From positions 384,001 through 448,000 of the forward strand of contig CBDBOV010000004.1 of assembly GCA_965208575.1 (NCBI GenBank): a stretch of 64,000 bases of DNA, read 5' to 3'. The translations under genes and the position numbers were made by a program. The stretch is from Spirochaetia bacterium. GTDB lineage: Bacteria > Spirochaetota > Spirochaetia > SZUA-6 > Bin103. Shown here one piece after another: positions 58,979 through 64,000 of the stretch. The notes under the pieces were generated by a model, which was not told where the DNA came from, searched no databases, and was given only the letters and a program-made list of their open reading frames with translations. Position 1 is the stretch's first letter, and the number at the start of each line of letters is the position of its first letter.

Positions 58979-60019
58979 CTAGCCGTGGTCGTGCTGGTGG
59001 CGGTGGTGGACGTCGGGCACGTGCGGATGCTCGTGTTCGACGGCGTCGTGGAGGTGCGGGTGCACATGGCCGATCCAGGCGGGCAGCCCGGGGTGCTGGT
59101 GCAGGTGGTGGCCGTCGTTGTGGCGGTGCCAGTGTTCGTGCTGCTGGGCCGGATGGCGGTGGCGATGCGCGTGACCCTCGCGCATCAGCACCAGGAGGCC
59201 GAGCACCAGTACCGCGGTAGCGGCGATCTGGATGGCGCCGAACGGCTCACCGAGCACGACCACCGCGAGCAGCACGCCGAAAAACGGCGCGGCCGAGAAC
59301 ACGAGCTGCCCGCGGGTGGCGCCGATATTCTGGGCGGCGGCAATGTACAGCACGATGCTCGCGCCATAGGCGAGTGCTCCCAGCAGCAGCGCGGCCATAG
59401 CGGTGCCCGCCGTGGCGCTCCAGGTCGACACGCCAAGCCCGATGGCGAGGTTGGTGGTGCCGGCCACCAAGCCCTTCCACAGCGTGGTCTCCTGCGGGGT
59501 CAGTCCGTCGATCAGGGAGGTGAAGTGGTTGTCGAAGCCCCAGCAGACGCACGCCAGCGCCACCAGCATCCCCGGCAGGAGCCCGGCGGAATGCTCCTCC
59601 CATGACAGCAGCAGCGCGGCGGCCACGACGAGCCCCGCTCCCACCCAGGCGCGGCCGGTCAGCTGATCGCGGAACAGCACCACGCCCAGCACGGCGGTGG
59701 CGACCAGCTCCAGGTTGAGCCACAACGACACCGACGCGGCCGCGGCCAGCCGCAGCCCGAGCAGCAACAGCGCCGGCCCGGCCATACCGCCCAGTACAAC
59801 CGCCCCGGCGAGCCGCACCAGGTTGGCGCGGTCCAGGCGGACGACCCGTTGCACGACCCGCTTGCGGACCGCAAAGGGGCTCACTCCCAGCGCCGCCCCC
59901 AGGTAGAGCAGACCCGCCAACTGGAACGGGCTTACCTGGTCCAGCAACAGCTTGCTCAACGGCGTGGACGCCCCGAACAGCAGCGCCGAAACCAGTGCTA
60001 TGCCGACCCAGATCGTCAT
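58979..60019 (-). CDS. DMT/EamA transporter with His-rich C-terminal tail
   Basis: LFGASTPLSKLLL, CWGFDNHFT, HAHRHRH...HEHPHVPDVHHRHQH. Confidence 0.9.
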   Translation of the reverse strand: MTIWVGIALVSALLFGASTPLSKLLLDQVSPFQLAGLLYLGAALGVSPFAVRKRVVQRVVRLDRANLVRLAGAVVLGGMAGPALLLLGLRLAAAASVSLWLNLELVATAVLGVVLFRDQLTGRAWVGAGLVVAAALLLSWEEHSAGLLPGMLVALACVCWGFDNHFTSLIDGLTPQETTLWKGLVAGTTNLAIGLGVSTWSATAGTAMAALLLGALAYGASIVLYIAAAQNIGATRGQLVFSAAPFFGVLLAVVVLGEPFGAIQIAATAVLVLGLLVLMREGHAHRHRHPAQQHEHWHRHNDGHHLHQHPGLPAWIGHVHPHLHDAVEHEHPHVPDVHHRHQHDHG

Positions 60020-60119
60020 GCCGCGGGCGCCACGTTACCACGGGGTGCGGATGCGCTGTTCGGTGGGTTGTGGCGCGCCGCCGCGGTACGGAGCAAACAG
60101 GATCTGCTCCTCGATTGAC

Positions 60120-60500
60120 TCAAGTGTCCGCGCGGTGGCAGTCGTTGCACAGTCCGAACAGGGTGATTTCGTGCCCTTCGGTGAGGAAGCCGGCGGGCGC
60201 GAGCGCCTCGACGCCGCGCAGGCAACCGCCCACCTCCCACAGTGCGTTGCAGACGCGGCACAGGAAGTGGTGATGGTGCGGCTTGCCGGCACGTTCATAG
60301 CGGGCCGGCAAGCCGGGAATCTCGACCGTTCGCAGCCAGCCGGACTTCACCAGGTCGCGGATGGCGCGGTACACCGTGGCGATGCCGAGTTGGGGCTGGT
60401 GTTCGCGGGCGGCCTCGTACAGCTCCGTCGGGCTCAGCGGCCGGTCGTAGGACTCGATGACCGCCTGAATCGCATCACGCTGCCGGGTTTGCCGTTCCAT
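60120..60500 (-). CDS. Fur-family regulator (Zur-like)
   Basis: TRQR, GIATVYR, HHHHFLCRVC, GLCNDC. Confidence 0.92.
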   Translation of the reverse strand: MERQTRQRDAIQAVIESYDRPLSPTELYEAAREHQPQLGIATVYRAIRDLVKSGWLRTVEIPGLPARYERAGKPHHHHFLCRVCNALWEVGGCLRGVEALAPAGFLTEGHEITLFGLCNDCHRADT

Positions 60501-61347
60501 GGCGCTCCTCTGACGACGCCGCCCGCAGGACCCGGTCCAGCGCCGAAATGATCAGAAACACGACTACGCACACCAGTGCGATGGCCGCACCAGATGCTAC
60601 GCTCAGATGGTAGGAGATGTACAGGCCGACCAGGCCCGAGAACATACCGATTCCGGCCGCAAGCAGGACGGCGTGATGGAAACGCCGCACGACCTGCAGC
60701 GCGGCGGCGGCGGGCGCCACCATCAAGGTTACCACCAGCGTGATGCCGATGGTCTGCAGCGCCACGGCGATGGCCAGCGCCATCAGCACGAACTGCAGCG
60801 CGGTGAGCATCCGGCTGTTCAGGCGCAGCGCCGCCGCGAACACGCGGTCGAAGGTGACTACCACCATCTCCTTGTAGAATAGCGCCACGACCACGACGAT
60901 GATTGCCGCGACCACGCCAATGCGGATCAGGTCGGCGCGGGTCACGCTCAGGACGTTGCCGAACAGAAAGTGCACCAGGTCTACGGCGAAACTCCGCACC
61001 GTGGAGATGATCGCGATGCCGAGCGCGAACATGCCGGAGTAGACCACCCCGACCGCGGCGTCCTCGCTGATGCGGAACCGCCGGACCAGCGCGGACATAC
61101 CCAACGCGGTAAGAATCGCCGTCCCGGTTGCCCACCAAAACAGGCGGTCGCGCGACAACCCGCTGGCCAGGTAGCCGACGGCGACGCCCGGTACCAGCGA
61201 ATGGGCGAGCGCGCTGCCGATGTAGGACATGCCGCGCAGCACGGCGAAGGTGCCTACCAACGCGCACACGCCGGCGACCATGGTGACCGCCAGCAGCGCG
61301 CGTGCCACGAACGGGTAGCCAAGGGGGGCGAACAGCAACTCGTTCAC
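60475..61347 (-). CDS. Mn/Zn ABC permease (ZnuB/MntB-like)
   Basis: LRGMSYIGSALAHSLVPG, HFLFGNVL, TFD, ASGAAI. Confidence 0.92.
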   Translation of the reverse strand: MNELLFAPLGYPFVARALLAVTMVAGVCALVGTFAVLRGMSYIGSALAHSLVPGVAVGYLASGLSRDRLFWWATGTAILTALGMSALVRRFRISEDAAVGVVYSGMFALGIAIISTVRSFAVDLVHFLFGNVLSVTRADLIRIGVVAAIIVVVVALFYKEMVVVTFDRVFAAALRLNSRMLTALQFVLMALAIAVALQTIGITLVVTLMVAPAAAALQVVRRFHHAVLLAAGIGMFSGLVGLYISYHLSVASGAAIALVCVVVFLIISALDRVLRAASSEERHGTANPAA

Positions 61348-61460
61348 GGCAGCACGTGCAACCTGGCCGGGTGGGAAGCGTCCGCCGGGACGGACACCGT
61401 GTCGACGTCGAGCAGTACCGTCCCGGGCGTGTGGGGAGACTCTCGGCCGCTGATACGCAT
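61344..61460 (-). pseudogene. Probable metal ABC ATPase gene collapsed by internal deletion
   Basis: 38-aa ORF MRISGRESPHTPGTVLLDVDTVSVPADASHPARLHVLP whose TGA overlaps the permease GTG. Confidence 0.55.
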
Positions 61461-61549
61461 GGCTTCCGGAAGCCTACCCCATTTGCGAGCACGACGAAAA
61501 CGGTTCCTCGTTGTCACCTGTTGTCACCGGCTCAACGCGGCCGCCGATT

Positions 61550-61942
61550 TCAGGGGGAGGAGAGCGCGCGGGCGGCAGCCATCCCGGCCGCGGTTGCCAA
61601 CAGGCAACCGCCCACGTTCAGGCCGACACTGGCGAGCAGTGCCGACCAGCGGCCGGCCTGCCAAAGCTGGACCGACTCATGGCTGAACGCGGAGAAGGTC
61701 GTGAAGGCTCCGAGGAATCCGGCCACCGCCAGCAGCCGGATGGCGCCGCCCGAAAGGATCCGTCCGGCGAGCGCGCCGGCCAGGAACCCGATCGCCAGCG
61801 AACCGATCACGTTCACCGCCAGCGTACCGGCGGGAAACCGCTCCGCGCGGGCGCCGATCCAGCCGGACAGCAGAAACCGCCCGAGCGCCCCGAAGAAGCC
61901 GCCGATTCCGACCAGCACCGCGTCGCGCAGCAGGTCGCTCAT
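61550..61942 (-). CDS. crcB: Fluoride exporter CrcB/Fluc
   Basis: GGFFGALGR, GTLAVNVIGS, GFLGAFTTFSAF. Confidence 0.93.
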   Translation of the reverse strand: MSDLLRDAVLVGIGGFFGALGRFLLSGWIGARAERFPAGTLAVNVIGSLAIGFLAGALAGRILSGGAIRLLAVAGFLGAFTTFSAFSHESVQLWQAGRWSALLASVGLNVGGCLLATAAGMAAARALSSP

Positions 61943-61989
61943 CCGCCCTTCCTGTCTCGCCGCAGGCAGCTGGTCATCATGGGACCTGT

Positions 61990-62799
61990 TCAATCCGGCG
62001 AGTTCAACCCGGTGAGCGCCGCGCTGACGCGCCACAGGTCGGCGGCCAGCCGGGTGTCGCCGGTGGCGGGGGCGGGACCTGTCTGCCGCCGGTCGACAAA
62101 ATAGCAGCCGGTGACGCCTGCCACGTCCGGAGCCAACGCAAGGTGGACCGGGGTGCGGGCGCCCTCCGCAACCGGAGCTCCGCCGCCGAAGTTCACGTGC
62201 AGCAGCTTGGTGTCGATGACGCCCGGATGGAGGAAGTTGGCGGTGACCTCGGCGGCATCCAGACGGCGGGCCAATTCGCAGGTGAACAGTGCGTTCGCCA
62301 ACTTCGAGTTGGAGTACGCCTGCCAGCCGTCAAAGCCACGTTCCATCTGCAGGTCGTCGAAGTCGATGCGCCCGCCGGTGTGCACCCCGGAGCTGACGTT
62401 GACGATGCGCGCCGGCGCGCTTTCGCGCAGCCGGTCGAGCAGCAGGTTGGTCAGCAGGAACGGGGCGAGGTGGTTGACGGCGAACGTGCTCTCGAAGCCG
62501 TCCGTGGTGGTGCGGCGCCGCCGTACGGCGATGCCGGCGTTGTTGATCAGCACGTCGAGCCGTGCGCTGGTGCGCAGGATCTGCTGTGCCATCGCTTGCA
62601 CTTCCGCCAGCGACCCGAAGTCGCCGGCAACGGCGGTCACGCTCCGGTTGCCGGAGGCGGCCGCGATCGCCCGCGCCGCCTCCCGCGCGCGTCGCTCGTT
62701 GCGCCCGTGCACGATCACCGCGCAACCGCGTTCGGCCAGCTCCCGCGCCGTGGCGCGCCCGATCCCGTCGCTGCTGCCGGTTACCAGAATGGTCTTCAC
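61990..62799 (-). CDS. SDR (retinol dehydrogenase-like)
   Basis: TGSSDGIG, NNAG, FAVNHLAPFLLT, YSNSK, HPGVIDT. Confidence 0.93.
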   Translation of the reverse strand: MKTILVTGSSDGIGRATARELAERGCAVIVHGRNERRAREAARAIAAASGNRSVTAVAGDFGSLAEVQAMAQQILRTSARLDVLINNAGIAVRRRRTTTDGFESTFAVNHLAPFLLTNLLLDRLRESAPARIVNVSSGVHTGGRIDFDDLQMERGFDGWQAYSNSKLANALFTCELARRLDAAEVTANFLHPGVIDTKLLHVNFGGGAPVAEGARTPVHLALAPDVAGVTGCYFVDRRQTGPAPATGDTRLAADLWRVSAALTGLNSPD

Positions 62800-62877
62800 G
62801 ACAACCGATTATGCCACGCCGGCCCGGCCCCCGGCACCAGCATGCCCGCGGCCACGGCGTATTGCGGCAGATTCCCG

Positions 62878-64000
62878 TTATCCGGCATCGAGAATCCGGA
62901 CTTCGTTGACTTCGATGTTGAAGTAGCTGCCGAACTCCTCGTCGTAGGAGTGCACTTCCAGGTACAGCCACTCGCCGGAAAAGCGCTCGATCAGGGCGGA
63001 CTTGTACTCATTGCCGTTGATGTAGCCGGCCGAGGCGAGCTTTGTGCCGTGGATGCCGTCGTCGTATACGTAGAAATGGAACAGCCAGGTTCCCCGCACT
63101 TCCTCCTGGGTAGCCTTGATCAGGTACACCTTGCCGGAGTCCACGGGAAGCTTGTAGTAGCTGGTGCCCTCGGCCTGCACCTGTCCCCGATAAAGAGTCC
63201 CGGCAATCGGCAATGGATCCTGTTCCTCGCCCTCGTTCTCGAACGTCTCCTCGATCACGTGCAGGTCGTAGTTGGCGCCCGATCCGTTGGTGTGGCTGCC
63301 ATCCACCGAGAACAGGAAACGATCGCCCGCCGCGGTCACCGAGAGCGCCTCGTCCGCGCCGCGGAGATTGTCGGAGATGTCCTGCACCACGGCGAACGCG
63401 GAGCCTTCCTCGGCATCGCCATCGGAGTCGTCTCCGTGGTCCGCTTCGCCGCCGTGCGTGTACAGGTCGGCGTCCATGGTCGGCGCCAGCAGCTTGATGG
63501 TGTAGTGGCCGCCCGGAGTGGACGAGAAGAAGTAGAAGCTGCGGTCGCCGCCGACCTGGGCTGCCACTTCCTCGCCTACCGGTATCTCCATCGGCTCGCG
63601 TTCCGAGCCCTGGTCACGGAGCCGGTCGTGCCCGGCCACGGTCAACGTAAACGGGGTCCCCGACGTGGAGTGGCGCCCGCGCACCTCTACGTACAGCACG
63701 TCAGCGGGCGCAGTAACCGTCACGAAGTCTTCCTCGGTGTAGTTCTTGGTCGATCGTGCCAGTTCTTCCCGGTAGCGCGGATCGGAGAACACGAACAGAT
63801 CGGCGTCCACCTGCATGCCGGAGATTGCGACCCGATACGTGGCTTCCGCCGTCAGGCCGCCAATCTCGTACAGGCTCGATCTCGTTCCGACCTGCCCGGC
63901 GTAGGAGACCTCGCCGTCGAGGCGAATCGGGGACAGCGCCTGCATTTCGTCCAGGAATACCTTGCTGCGGGTCAGAAGAATCCGGAAGTCCGATGCCTTG
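62878..64000 (-). CDS. Acidic beta-repeat (PPC-like) hypothetical protein, 5' part outside window
   Basis: Three repeated units (GQV...SxY...Y.I...DADLY); frame is open to the window edge. Confidence 0.7.
   Translation of the reverse strand, partial: KASDFRILLTRSKVFLDEMQALSPIRLDGEVSYAGQVGTRSSLYEIGGLTAEATYRVAISGMQVDADLFVFSDPRYREELARSTKNYTEEDFVTVTAPADVLYVEVRGRHSTSGTPFTLTVAGHDRLRDQGSEREPMEIPVGEEVAAQVGGDRSFYFFSSTPGGHYTIKLLAPTMDADLYTHGGEADHGDDSDGDAEEGSAFAVVQDISDNLRGADEALSVTAAGDRFLFSVDGSHTNGSGANYDLHVIEETFENEGEEQDPLPIAGTLYRGQVQAEGTSYYKLPVDSGKVYLIKATQEEVRGTWLFHFYVYDDGIHGTKLASAGYINGNEYKSALIERFSGEWLYLEVHSYDEEFGSYFNIEVNEVRILDAG

Noticed and set aside
4338-59067. Long antisense or alternate-frame ORFs (e.g. 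4338-6026, 14138-16591, 34690-36717, 46425-49046, 53058-55091, 57310-59067)
   Set aside because: Shadow ORFs expected from high GC3, overlapping well-supported genes.
61943-62000. Fluoride riboswitch upstream of crcB
   Set aside because: Only a TGATGAC fragment; the GGCGATGG...CGCC core is absent and the space is too short.
1-64000. CRISPR array, cas genes, reverse transcriptase (retron/DGR), rRNA
   Set aside because: No spaced repeats, Cas motifs, YxDD RT or rRNA-like sequence seen.

Overview
GC-rich bacterial DNA. The Cys-less '...LWAAAAEEE/...FAGGEGE' signal peptides of the solute-binding proteins suggest a Spirochaetia-type host (inference only). The window holds seven family-5 (Dpp/Opp-like) ABC solute-binding genes, one cut by the window edge. 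Five have permease pairs and none has an ATPase here. It also holds a complete moxR-DUF58-bat operon, small-molecule catabolic enzymes (SDRs, aldo-keto reductases, Ldh_2, GGT, M20 amidohydrolase, sulfatase), three toxin-antitoxin pairs plus a MazF remnant, and a Zur/ZnuB/His-rich DMT/CrcB block. The most unusual part is 36.8-42.2 kb, a three-level nest. An ISKra4-type element (25-bp IRs, 9-bp TSD) is interrupted by an IS1-family (ISMhu11-like) cargo element, which is itself interrupted by an IS1634. Removing the IS1634 in silico restores a 68-nt non-canonical tRNA-like gene with a G3:U70/A73 acceptor, a CCA (Trp) anticodon loop and a tiny D-arm. The same cargo element carries two more structured non-coding segments and two small orphan ORFs. 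All calls are by-eye motif recognition; no database searches or folding programs were run.
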